The translations under genes and the position numbers were made by a program. Under the pieces are notes generated by a model that saw only the letters and a list, made by a program, of their open reading frames with translations, was not told where the DNA came from and made no database searches. From assembly GCF_009834535.1 (NCBI RefSeq), contig NC_045731.1, positions 14,384,001 through 14,448,000 of the forward strand: a DNA stretch of 64,000 nucleotides, in the 5' to 3' direction. The stretch is from Camelus ferus (Eukaryota). This document shows positions 1-12,110 of the stretch, piece after piece; the stretch's first letter is position 1; each line of letters opens with the position of its first letter.

Positions 1-54
1 CAGGCAGCCCCCCGCGCCTGCCCACCACCACCTTCCTGGGCAGGGGCCTTATAA

Positions 55-235
55 TAAAGAGCAGGAGCTCTGGGATCAGATGCCCTGAGTTAAACACCGG
101 CTTCACTTCCTGGTGGCTGCGTGATGCTCACCGGATTCCCAACCTCTCTTTCCCTCCTCTGTAACGTGGTGATGATGGCAGCCCCTGTCTCAAGAAGATC
201 AAGTAAGAAAATGCAGGTAAAGCACTGACCCACCT
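55..235 (+). mobile_element. MIR SINE relic
   Basis: Degenerate MIR core ('gccctgagttaaacaccggcttcacttcc...ctctgtaacgtggtgatgatg...gtaaagcactg'), recognised by eye; boundaries approximate. Confidence 0.65.
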
Positions 236-484
236 GGCTGGCCTATAAAAAATGCACAGTAGATACTGCTACCAGTAGTCTCATCTTCTCCTTTGTCACA
301 GCTATCCCTGACTTGCTCACGACCATCCACCCTTCCAAAATCCACAGGTCCTTTGAGGACCAGTCCCTTTCTCCACTAAGCTACTCTAGACTTTCCGATC
401 ACTTATGGCATGCACCCCATACAGTCAGCACTGAATTATCCTGTCTTACTATTTCCTAGTGACAAAGTCTGCAAGGAATATTAG

Positions 485-745
485 TCCTATGAAATGCTCC
501 TCCAAAAAGGTCACTATATTCAGAAAAGTTTGGAAGGATTGCACATTTTCTCTCTCCTCTTGGAGATCACAAAACACTTAAGCATAGTAAAGGCTCTGAA
601 AAGTCCTGCAGTTTAAAAAAATATCTTTCAAACATTTTAAATCTCAATTTTCTCACCATTTTTAAGAAAAGAAACCTAGTTTAGTGTAAAATATATTGAG
701 TCCAAAGAACTAATGTTTCATATCACACTTTGGCAAGTTCTGCCC
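485..745. mobile_element. Ancient hAT-Charlie-type DNA transposon fragment (MER103-like)
   Basis: Motif 'aaaggctctgaaaagtcctgcagt' and end 'cacactttggcaagttctg' resemble hAT-Charlie MERs; family assignment uncertain. Confidence 0.4.
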
Positions 746-2561
746 TATTTTTGAATCCAGGGGAGCTGCTGGGTTCTTGGGGGTGGAGAGAGGGGTGATG
801 TCCGAGTCTCACACTCTCATCCTTCCCCGGTTTTCCCAAAGCTGCCTTCCAGGGGCTCCCATGGAAGCTTAGGGACCTACTGAGCGCAGTTAGGAACCCA
901 TCAACACACCTTCTCTCACTGGAGCCCGGAAGGCATGAGGAGTTCTATCATCTTTATTTTACAGGTAAGAAAACTGCAGCTTCTGTGGTCGGGACTAAAT
1001 AACCATACACCGACTGCAGTGTGGGCGGAAGCATTTCCAAATGCAGCGCTTCTCTGAGTCGCGCAGAATTCTTAAAATGTGCGATAAACACGGAATTCTA
1101 CCTACCCTCTCGTCCTGGGTGACAGCTACAAGGTGAGAAAAGATGCAAAATGGAATCATGGCTTCAGCTTTTCTCTCTGCTGATAGAAAGGATGCCCTGA
1201 TTATGGCCCCACATTTTCAAGGCACGGTGCCTAGTCCTTAGGTCCAAGGGAACCTGGGTGCCAGGCGAGGCTATGTTCTTGAATGGATTTGAGTGGAGTC
1301 TTCAAGAGTGGCATTGATTCTGGCATCCAGTGTCTCGGCAGGTGTTTCTCTTTGCCCCTGACAGCTCACAGAGGTCCGTCCCAGCTTCAAGATCAGGAAT
1401 GGAATTGAGGAAAGGCAAGCGTGATTGTGTGGTTACGAGACAGTGAGATAAAGTGAAACCGACAAGACAAAGACGACTCTCCCTGAAAGGCCAGCACAGC
1501 TCTGCGCTTAGAGTCAACCCCAGCATGGCGTCTTCAAGACACACCTGAGCTGGTGGCATCGGGGGCAAGACAGCGATGGTGACAAGACTTCTCTTCACAC
1601 AGACACGGCCGTCCCTGGTGGCACCAACACACTGATCACCACTAATCACCAGGAGATTTAAAACATGCTTCACCATGTAGCCCGAAGGAGTGGAGAACGT
1701 CTAACCAATGTGGAAACATTACTGATGAGGGAAACGCTGCCACTTGGGGACAAGCACCCCAGCGTGTGCAAAGAGACGCAGGCAGAAGGGGCAGTTAGCC
1801 CTGTGTGGTTAGATGCAGAAGTACAGGGAAAGGAGGCCAAACGGGGGTACGCACCGGTCTGACGGGGCCTGACAGCCTCCTACAGGTAGAGGCACTGCAG
1901 GAGGAGGGTGGGGGCACAGCCCTGCAGAGACTGAGGCCAGGAGCACACACGGGGGCAGAGGAGCAGAGCTGGGATTAAACGGATACAGCGCAGCTCACTG
2001 GTCTGAGCATCCAAGCAAGAGCCCGGCTTTCCCTGTTTCTAGTGCAGAATTCTCCCCACTAAAGCCTCTACCCCTAACCCTAACCTGTCCATCCCTCTGT
2101 TCCTTGCTCCCCCCCCCACCCCCACCGCTTCTGATTGCACAGCCTGAGGTTCGGAATTAAGTGCTTCTGTGAAATCACCTCCCAGGGTTTCATGAAGAGT
2201 AATCATGTACGTGTTTGACCTAGAGGCCGGGGAAATACTACAGACAATGATTCACAGCATCCATTTTCCACGTGGCCAAACTCACTTTGACGGAGCTTCC
2301 CTGAGACCTGACTAGGCCTGAGTCTCCCGTGACTCGGGCCAGGGCTTTAGTGGAATCGAAACTCCCACGGCTCTCAGCTTCAGACCACTCCCGGGGGCAC
2401 CGCGCCCCGTACTCCCCAGACCAATGCCTAGGCACTGAAAGGTAGCTCTCAAGAGCGTTCCAGCTAGACAACTAGGGAGGTGATCCTAGGTGGGGAGACC
2501 TCAAATGCAAAGGATCAACCCACGGACTTCCCCACAAACACACACTACAAAGTCTGCCTGA

Positions 2562-2790
2562 TGTAAAACAGACGAACAACAAGGTCCTACTGTACAGCAC
2601 AGGGAGCTATGTTCAGTATCTTGTAATAGCCTATAATAAATAATAATATGAAATATATATATATATATATGTGTGTGCGTACGTGTGCATAACTGAATCA
2701 CTGTGCTGTACACCAGAAATTAACACAACATTGTAAACCACCTATACTTCAATTTAAAAATGATTAATTAATTAATTAATTAATTAATTA
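2562..2790 (+). mobile_element. 5'-truncated L1 3' end (cetartiodactyl type) with (TAAT)n tail
   Basis: Diagnostic 'aacaaggtcctactgtacagcacagggagctatgttcagtatcttgtaatagcc...cctatacttcaatttaaaaa'. Flanked by a 13-bp TSD aaagtctg(c/t)ctga at 2549-2561 and 2791-2803. Confidence 0.9.
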
Positions 2791-4849
2791 AAAGTCTGTC
2801 TGAACCATGAAGCCACTTTGGAACAGGTTAGGGTTGTCACGAAGCACATTCAAAACCAACATCGTTCAAAGCCTTAACATTTCTGTGTGGGGTCAACAGC
2901 TTAGAAGTAAAGAGAGAAATGTTCACAAATGAGTAAATGCTGAGTTATTTAATGATGGAGAATCAGATGCTCAAAGCTTTAGAAGGTAAAAAAAACGAAC
3001 AGTATCCTAAAATACAGTGGTTTTTAAACTAAAGCTGTAACAGTACGTTTTAGGTTTTTTTTCCAAATGAAATTGTATGTGGAGTCACAATATATAAGGC
3101 AGATGGCTGCAGAGACCAGAGCTGCCCTGGTATCACTGGGGAAGGACACTGAGGCTGTGTCCACCCGGCCTCTTCCGCATCCTTCATCCTCAAGGCACTT
3201 TCCCTTCACATCAGCGACCTGTGCAACTCAGACGGCAAACGGCTGGGCTCGTCCACCTCTCTCCCTTTACCATGGGCTGGAAAGTTAAGCATGCGATGCC
3301 CTGGCCTTCCACCCTGTCTCTGCCAGTTACTAGCCTGATCCCCAACAGAAAAATCACCTAAATCACCAGCTTCCATTTCTTCGCCTATAAAACATAGAGA
3401 AATAAAAATATATATATTTTTTACACTCCAAAGATTTGTTCAGAATCAAAGTAGATTTTTAAATGCCATTTTTTTTACACTCTAACATTGAGATAAATGT
3501 ACAACGTTGTTGGCCACACAGTTAATTCAGAGCAACCTTCAAAGGGAAATAACAGAATGGTAAGCCTGAGTATTAGCATAGAAAGGGAGAGAGGAAGAAA
3601 AACTATCCTGAGGTTGGGCCACAACCTCAGAGGGGTACTTCATTTAGGGAACCTTCACTGAGTACTTGGCCGGCTGGAGGGGCAGTGATGACTAATGCCG
3701 AGGTCCACGGTGTGATGCAGACTCTGGGGACGAAGCACCACCACCGACTGACCGTCGACATCCTCTCTACACATAAACACACACGCAAAAGGAAGCTGTG
3801 TAAACAGGAAAAAGCTCAGACCAAGACAAGGAGCTCAGGCCAGGTGCAAAGGCAGGGCTTTGGCTACGGTCTTCTGGAATACGACATTTAGGTCCTCTCC
3901 GGAAGCGCCGTTCCCTTTCCGGCTGGAAGCACGCACCGTGAGCCCGGGTGGCAGCTGCCCACGTGTGGATGGGAGCATTGCGGGGACCTGCCGGAACCTC
4001 AGCTGGCACACCTACGTTAGCGGCCTACTCACCGCCTCTCCCCACCGCACACCCCTTCTCCCTTCAAGCTCTGCCGAGGTTCTCTTTCCACAATTTGCCA
4101 CAAATGCCTCAGCAGGAAGGGAGCTGCAGTCAAGAGGGTCCCCACTGAGAATGAGCACTGCTCGTTTTCTTGGAGAACTCAAGCTCACCCGTCAGCCTCC
4201 CCTCACCCCCTGCCCATCCCCCCCAACCACCCCCACCCCACGGATTTGTGACCTTGAGCTTTGGGGAAACAGAAAGGCTTGTCTCTTTATCCCTATCTAT
4301 TGCATTGATAATACAGTAATTATCACTCTGAAGGGAATGTTAATTGGGATGAAGTGGCTTGCGGCGGAGGCCAAACAGAACAAGGCAAAAACTATCAGAA
4401 ACTGCAAACAGAAAGAGCTTTTTAAAATGCTGTCCCTAAATATTAAAAGAGTTAGCTCTATTAATTCTAGATTTCTGCAGTGATCGCTGTTTTGTTTGCT
4501 CGTTTGTTCTTCATCATCTCCCACCACCCCCAGCAGATATGAATTCACCTTTGCATCAAAGGCTCTTTGCATTGTCAGAAACAGCAAACACTCATTTAAT
4601 GCCTTCAAACAGCGCTACAGACCAGTGTGCCGTGATACAGCTGTGTCTTGCTAATTATGTGATGCTTGTACATCAATATGACTGCAGAGAAATCATCTTT
4701 TTTGCCATTTCCCACAGTTCTCCAAAATATGTTCTTAAAGGAACTTCGGACACCCAGTTCTCTAAACTTAAAACTGCAGAGTCACTGCTGAGTTCCCTCC
4801 AGTTTTGCTCCCCACATCCACACCAGTGGCCACGAACCAAGGATTCTCC

Positions 4850-5200
4850 ATCCATAAATATTCTAATATCCATCCTTATAATTTCCCCAGCCTTGGCCTT
4901 CTCCAGGCCCATGTCACCTCTCGCCTGGGTTACAGCAGTGCCCTACCTGCCTTGTGTCCCCAGCGCACTCTACTCTAGACACTCTGCTGAGTTGAAATTT
5001 CTTAAGCTCCACTGTGAGCACGTTAGTGCATGAGGGACAAATGTCCTGTGGTCCCTTTGCCCTCAGGAGACTTACATGACAAGCTGCAGATAACAAGATT
5101 GGTTTAACGAAAGTAAGCTACCCGAGAGCAGGGGCTTTGATTATGAACTGTGCTGGTCATGGTGCTAAAAGTATTTGTTGAAAGAATAAGTAAGTGAAAA
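4850..5200 (+). mobile_element. L2 LINE 3' relic
   Basis: Degenerate L2 3' motifs ('catgtcacctctcgcctgggttacagcagtg', 'gagagcagggg...aagtatttgttgaaagaataagt'). Confidence 0.55.
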
Positions 5201-5319
5201 TGGATGAATAGTTGGATGTATAGATAGATGGATGGATGGATGGATGGATGTGAGACAGAAGGAAATGGATGAATAGTTGGATGTATAGATGGATGGATGG
5301 ATGGATGTGAGACAGGAGG
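5198..5319. repeat. Tandem duplication (65 bp + 57 bp units) containing (GGAT)n microsatellite
   Basis: Unit 'aaatggatgaatagttggatgtatagat(agat)(ggat)n gtgagacag(a/g)agg' occurs at 5198-5262 and 5263-5319. Confidence 0.9.
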
Positions 5320-5738
5320 GGAGGGGGCAGGGCACAACCACTGAAGGAGAGTAATTGAGGACAAAACAAACTGGTGAGAACCAAGATGGCAGAAAGTTCA
5401 ACTTCCAGTGGACCTTGAGCCTCATGGCACACCCACAGGTGCCATGACAGGTGCTAGACCGACCATAAAAGGTCAAAAAGTGGGGAGGGGACCAATGCCT
5501 GGAAATCCCTGCCTCTTCCTCAAGTAGTTAGAATAACCCTCCTACTTGTTAGCATATGCAGTTACCGAGCCCATGAAAGCTGACAGCCCTGTACCCTGTG
5601 GGCACCCTCTTGCCTTCTGAGATGGCCCGCCCTCTGTCCATGGAACGGGTATCTCTCTAAATAAACTTGCTTTCACTTTACCGTGCCTAGCTCTTGAATT
5701 CTTTCCTGCACGGGGCAAGAACCTGTTCTCCAGCAGCA
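5308..5738 (+). mobile_element. ERV1-type solo LTR
   Basis: TG...CA ends (tgagacagg...ccagcagca), aataaa followed by an ERV1-like U5 ('ctcttgaattctttcctgc'). Inserted in a degenerate GGAT tract with near-TSD gatg/ggtg. Confidence 0.75.
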
Positions 5739-5966
5739 GGTGGATGGTTGGGTTGGATCTGGATGAATAATATCCCCTTAAATGGCTTGTTCGCAGTATG
5801 AACTAGAGTAGCACACCTGAAAAAGCCAAGCACACGGCAAGCTTCATTCCATGTTCATCCCCTTCCCTTTTTTCTCTGTTGGTCTCCTTGTGCTAGTCCG
5901 TCCTCATCTCCCAACCATGAAAGGTCAGGGCAAGCCATGGAAAGCTCACGTATGCCCCCGGGGAAA

Positions 5967-6151
5967 TCCAGCTACCTTTCAAAACCCCAGGCAAAGCCTT
6001 TGCCACACCACTGCCTTGGAGCCCGGGCTCCCGCAGACAGAGGCTTTTACACAGATTTGCGACTGTGAAAGATCAAATCTTCCCAAAGTTTAAAATTCTG
6101 CAATGTTTCCAAAGAGGCAGCCACTGCACTTTTGGAGGAATTTTAATTGAA
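5967..6151 (+). repeat. Inverted repeat IR1, left arm
   Basis: Manual alignment to the reverse complement of 6892-7077: 14 mismatches + 1 gap in ~185 bp, including a 51-bp perfect run. Confidence 0.97.
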
Positions 6152-6891
6152 ACTGTAGGCAAGGGGGGAATACTCCACTCTGAGTCTTGTTTGGGAGAGA
6201 CGCCCGTGGCTGACCAGTTAGGTATCGACTGTGGTGGGAAGACCCTGGAGCAGAAGAGGCTGCCTGCAGGTGTCAGACGGGCGGGGGTGGGGCTCACAAC
6301 AGGACAGGTGAGGCTACCCTGGGCATGCACCAGGATGACGTAGGGAAGGGATGAGTTTAAGACAGAATTCCCAGGCGGAACTGGTGGGCTGACGGGGAAG
6401 TGACACCATCCCTTAGACTCAGCCTCTCAGATTCTGCCAAAGGCCAAGACTCAGATGTCCTTCGTGTCTTTTGTCCTTTTTTTTTTTTTTTTTTAATAAC
6501 ATTGAAGGTAGAAATAATTTGACTCTTGACAGCTGAAAGCTAGCAAGAACACATCCTGGCTCAGCACGCTCCTGCTGCCGTTAGTCACTAGTGTCCCGGT
6601 GACTGTGTGCCCTATGGAGAAGGCAGAAGTGCCAAGGAGGAGAGCCCCCTACAAGAAGAGTGCTTTAAAAGGCACTTAAAAAAAAAAAGCCCATTTTGTG
6701 GAAGATACCAGCTGTCTCTTAATTGCTATCCGCGCTGTGGTTTCTCCCGGGGGTTGGCAAGGGGAGTGGATTAAAGAAAAGGTTTTGATGGCCATAGGCG
6801 TGAATATCCAAATGATATGAATTTTAATATATACTTTTAAAAGGGTCAGGCAATGATGGAAAGATATGACTGCTTTCCTTTTATTTCTCTG

Positions 6892-7077
6892 TTCAATTAA
6901 AATTTCCTACAAAAGTGCAGTGGCTACCTCTTTGGAAATGTTGCAGAATTTTAAACTTTGGGAAGATCTGATCTTTCACTGTCACAAATCTATGCAAAAG
7001 CCTCTGGCTGCGGGAGCCCGGGCTCCAAGGCAGTGGTGTGGCAAAGGCTTTGCCTGGGTTTCTGGAAGGCAGCTGGA
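6892..7077 (-). repeat. Inverted repeat IR1, right arm
   Basis: Reverse complement of 5967-6151 at ~92% identity. Confidence 0.97.
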
Positions 7078-10000
7078 CTGGAATGAGCCCCTTCCAGTTC
7101 TGAGCGAAGCCACCCAGTTATCTAGATGAAACGAACAGATGCATGAAATATCCCCCTCTCCCCTACCAGAGGAGAAGGCTGAGCTCTCAAAACGCTATTC
7201 ACAGCCCATCATTTAAGACTTTTCAGATAATTAACTAGAGCGTTTCCCTCCCCCCCAAAAAGTGGTTCCAAATACCACTGTGAATCTCATTCCCTGCCCA
7301 ATCCATGCTTCTGAACAGAGCAGGCGACAGGCATGCGTTTAAACAGAGTGTCAAAGAGATGAATCCACAGTTTATCGCTACTATTCATCTTGGCTGGTAA
7401 GTGGCCGCCATACTGTTCTTCATTCATTAAAAATGGCTCATTTCCTTTGGCCTTTATTCATTGCCTGATCTTCCTAATGAACTTAATGTAGCAAGTGATG
7501 TAATCAGACAAAAGAACTGTAAGGACCTTTTTTCTGCCACTATAAGCAGAATTAAATCATATTTAATTAGGAATTTAGTGCTCACTGAAAGTCTCGATTT
7601 AACTGTTCATCACCCGCGCTGCTGTCTACTTGCAGCTTTGCCCCCACCTCTCACTGAGGCGGGGGACCAGGACTAGCTCTTAGGCTCAGCGCTCTAGGTC
7701 GGACACGGCCACCCAGCAGGGAGGTGCCTAACAAGTCCCAGACATGGGGTAATCACCGCATTAGATGTCCCTTAATCCTCCACAGCCAACAGCGCCCGAC
7801 GTGGTCAACATGAAAAGGGACCCAGGCCACGTCAATGGTACCTGCTTTATAACCAGCACAGAGAAGAGTCCAGCAAAGCTGGGAAGAGTTGAGAGGCAAT
7901 GTCTTCTGTATTTTGACCCAAAACAGCTGCCACCCTATGGTGAGGATGAGAGAATTCTATTTCCAGAAAAGGAAACTAAGAACACAAAAAGGTGGGGAGT
8001 GAAAAATCTGTGCCGAAGAAGCTTCGAGGACACCAAGAGGAGCAGACCACAGCTGGAGTGCCCGCCTGCAAGGCGTGCCAGGCCCCGGAGGAGCAGGGAA
8101 GGCCTGCAGGGCTGTTTTCTTTTTTTTTTTTTGGTTTTGCTTCCTTAGCAGAAATAAGCAGGTTGGAGAAGGTGTTTTGAGAAACACGATTTGGTACTCA
8201 ACAGTGCAGCTGGAGAAAGGATGATGGCTTTGGCGCTGTCCAATCAGGAGGCAGTAAGGTCTCGGACCAAGGTGATGGCAGTGAGGTACCAACAGGGGGA
8301 TTTTGCAAGGGGCCCTGTGAGCAAAGAATTGGTGATGCACTGGACAGTCATGGAGACGGAAAGGAGAAAGACGGGTAAAAGCTGTTGGATGCATTTTGGT
8401 CCCATTCTTACTCTGACCCCCATCACGTCTGTCCTTCCTTCCCGTCTACCAGGGTTCAGGTCCTCACCACCTACCCTGCACAATCATCTCAAAGCCACTC
8501 CGGTGAGTGTGACTCTCGCCCCGCCGAGCTCAGGCAGCACATACGGGCAGAGCAGGCCACAGGTCAGCCCTCCGCGGACAGTCTCCGAGCAGGTGTCCTG
8601 TTGCTCTAAGCACCTCGGGGCAGCAAGTTCTCGGCAGCGTTTCTACAATCGCCACGCCCTATGCCTGGTACCCACGGCACTGTAGGTGCCAGGTGAGTAC
8701 TGGTGGAGAGAACAGTGAGGATTTAGAACCATCATGGTCTTCAAGGACTTTCAATAAAGGCTAAAGCCATGGCTAAGTGAGTAAAATCTCTCCTTTAGAT
8801 CAGAGTTCTACAGTGACTCGAAATGATCGCTTTCTGCACAGAGCTGCTTTCTGCTAAAGGCCAAACAAGCTTGAAACAAGACAAACAAAGAACCCTTCTA
8901 TTTGATTCAACATTTCTAAAGAGAGCTGAGAATCTTGATCGACGGTCACCTCCACTTGCCATATCCTGCACCATCATCAGACCTCCAGGCAGGTACAGGA
9001 CTTCTCACGGCTTTCAAATATGCCTTATTTTTTTTTTTTTTTACAAATATGCATTATGTTGAGTCTTCTCATTTAGTCATTAGTGAAGGTAATTCATAGG
9101 GAAGAGGTCAAATATCAACTATCAATTTGCATAAAGGACAAACTCACTAGGATGCTACGTATGCTCTGGGTCCAATAATACAATCTGTCTCATGTCTGAA
9201 GGGCACGTTTAGAGAAATTACTTTACACGGAGCTCACATACCAATGAGCCAGGGGGAGCTCAGTATACAGTAAATTCTTTCGACTTTAGCAAATAATATT
9301 GTGAGGCTTATTAAGGGACAATGGGAACTTGACAATTGGGGCATAAGAGTCTCACGTATTTAGTTGACATCTCAATATTCTCCATGTATCTTAGAAGCCA
9401 AGAGACCTTAAGATTTCAAAAACACTGCTCAGTGCCCACTCCAGAATAAGCCTGAAAAAGAGGAATCTTGAACTGGTAGCAAAGGGGTTGAGCATGAGAA
9501 ATTAATAGTAAAAACTGGCAGCTTCCTGGACAGTCTTCACCACAGAGCTTTACCTCTAGGTGATGTGAATTCATCTAATCGAATCGTGGCTGCTCCTGTA
9601 TTTGAATACAGGACACATTCCAAAGCAAGACAGTTTTGTAAAATATTCTGAATCACACTGGATTACCCGTGTGTTGGGTTTCACTCCTCTGGGCAGACCA
9701 CCTGGATGTGACCATCACAGAGGGAAGCGATTCTAGAATATGGATGTTAGATGACTGCACAGGGCTAGTGTCCTTCCTCACAGACGCCAAAGCCTAGGAG
9801 GGGATGCAGAAAGAATCGAGCCCCAAGGAGCTGGTTAATGCGCACGCCTTCCAGAGCGATTCATCCACCAGCCCTGCCGCTGTGACCATTATGGATTTAT
9901 TAACATTAAAGCAATACGATTCAAACAGGTATCAGAATATTTTAATGTGACGGAACGCTGGTTGAAATATTGTTGCAGCCTCTCAGCTGACTGAAGCAAG

Positions 10001-10439
10001 CTGAGATAATTGTGCTGCCGAGACGAACAGACTCTGCCTCCAGATGCCACTCGGGGCCCTGAGCTTTGTCCTCTAAACCTGCATTATTTGATGTAATAAT
10101 GGCCTCAAGTTATGCTGAGAATCAGCCCCCCCCCATATTGTGGTGCCCAATGGACACGGCTGACCACATCCCCTCTGCTCCAGTACATCTTCTGAGGCTT
10201 CTCTGCAGAATCAGTGAGGAAGCCCAGGCTGAGGAGCTGCTGTCATGTCCTGGGGGCTTCCTGGTACAGCTCTGGTTCACTGAGGACGGGGTCGGGGTGG
10301 GGCTGGGGGGTGGAGAGCAATGGAGTGGAGACCAGGGCCCTGTGTCTCCAGAGTCAAGAGCTGGAACAAGAAAATCATCTGAGAAAAGCAATTAAGCACA
10401 AGAGCAACAAGCACAGACTGCAAATAAGAGCGAATCCAG

Positions 10440-10804
10440 ACTGTATGATGTCACTTACAGTGGAATCTTAAAAAAAAAAAAAAAGACACAAATGAACTTA
10501 TGTACAAAACAGAGAGAGACTCACAGACATAGAGAACACACTGATGCGTACCGGGGGGAAAGCGGGAGGGAAGGGGTACACAGGGAGTTTGAGATTTGCA
10601 GACACTAACTACTAAATATAAAACAGATAAACAACAACCTTCTACTGTAGAGCACGGGGAACCATATTCACTATCTTGTAGTGACCTACAACTTAAAAGA
10701 ATATGAAAAGGAACACATGCATGTGTACGTATGACTGGAGCACCGTGCTGCACACCAGAAACTGACACAACATTGTAAACGGACTCTACTTCAGTAAAAA
10801 AAAA
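10440..10804 (+). mobile_element. L1 3' end fragment (cetartiodactyl type)
   Basis: 'tggaatctt(a)n gacacaaatgaacttatgtacaaaacagagagagactcacagacatagagaac...ctacttcagt(a)n'. Confidence 0.9.
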
Positions 10805-11989
10805 TAGTGAAGTCATGTCTGGAAAACACACCAAAGCCCTTCTTTTGCATTTTTCTTTGGAGCTGCTCTCATTTCTGGAAATAAAGGTTAATTCCCTACT
10901 TTCTGAATTTAGTCATCTTTTCCTTCTATGCTACCTCCCACTCCCTGTAAGCCTTCTCATCTCTTTCTAATGGACAGAAAGAGACTGGAAGCAGTGCCTG
11001 CCTGCAGTGCGCGGCCACGCCGGGGCTCCCACCGCCGCGCGGGCGAGAGGCAAGCCGGCCACCCGAGGCAGTGCGGGGCCGCCACAAAGTCGCTTCCAGA
11101 AAGCCCCTCTCTGAGGGTGACAGTGTGTGTACGAGTGTCTGTGACCAGGGGAACAAGAGGAAGGGAGCGACAGAGTCCAGCAGGTAAACTGAGAACGTTG
11201 CATTTGAATAGCGTCACCTCGGTTTCACCATGTTCAACAGCAAGGCTGTCTACTGACTGCTCCCGAGGACAGACCTGTGCCCTCGAGAAGGGCGCTGGGT
11301 TACTGTTAAGCCATGGTAGCCTCTCTCCTTGTGCTTATTTAACTCTGTAGGTTGTAATTCTAGTGGGTGGCAGAGGTCTTATACCACGTTTTTGGGGTTT
11401 TTTTATTTGTTTGTTTTATTCTAACCATGCTAACCATGCCCCTCGATCTCCCGAATTTCTGGGTATTTTGACTCTCAAATCTTCCTTTTCTCAGTCTGTC
11501 TGTTCCCTCCTTAAAGACACTGCCTGGTCTGGAGGCTCCCGTGCAGGCTCCCACTCCCAGCCAGTGGCACTGCCTTCCTATTTCGGTTTCCTGAGACATT
11601 CGTCATCTCGTCACCCAATCCTTTACTACCTTTGTTGTTATTCCATTTCTTCATGTGACTGTGCGCTGCATCTCTGCTGAGACCGGACGGCGCCCGAGGA
11701 CAGCGAATGGAAGATTCCTGAGCCAGTTTCAGCTCTTGGTAATGAACCAACCAAAGTCTGGAGACCTACCAAGAGCTGTGGCTCAGCCTGGAGCATGTGG
11801 TATGTGGGGCCCCAAGGAACAGGGACAATGAGATGGACAGAGGACAGGCCAATGGGCAGCGCAGTGACTTCAGGGCCAGCACTGTGCCTTGGAAAGTCAC
11901 TGGAGTTCCAGGACAGCTTCAAAGACAACTTAACCACGATGCTAACTACCGTATGTTTCTAGGGGACAGGGAATTCATTTAAGGGTAAG

Positions 11990-12110
11990 TTTCTCTCTTT
12001 TGGGGGGAGGTAATTAGGTTTATTTATTTCTTCTTTTTTTTTTTTAATGGAGGCACTGGGGATTGAACCTCATGCATGCTAAGCGCACACTCCACCACTG
12101 AGCTATTCCC
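11990..12110 (-). mobile_element. tRNA-derived SINE, camelid Vic-1-like
   Basis: Reverse complement reads 'gggaatagctcagtggtggagtgtgcgcttagcatgcatgaggttcaatccccagtgcctcc...aaataaataaacctaattacctcccccc'. Confidence 0.88.

Noticed and set aside
2068-2086. Interstitial telomeric repeat (ccctaaccctaacc)
   Set aside because: Only about two units; expected by chance.
3860-4483. 207-aa plus-strand ORF as a gene
   Set aside because: No recognisable domain, low-complexity Pro-rich middle, and overlapping ORFs in other frames; consistent with chance.
5967-7077. IR1 as terminal inverted repeats of a DNA transposon
   Set aside because: No TA or 8-bp TSD or known TIR end motif was seen, no transposase remnant lies in the loop, and the arm identity is too high for the long-extinct mammalian DNA transposons. 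Not fully excluded without a Dfam search.
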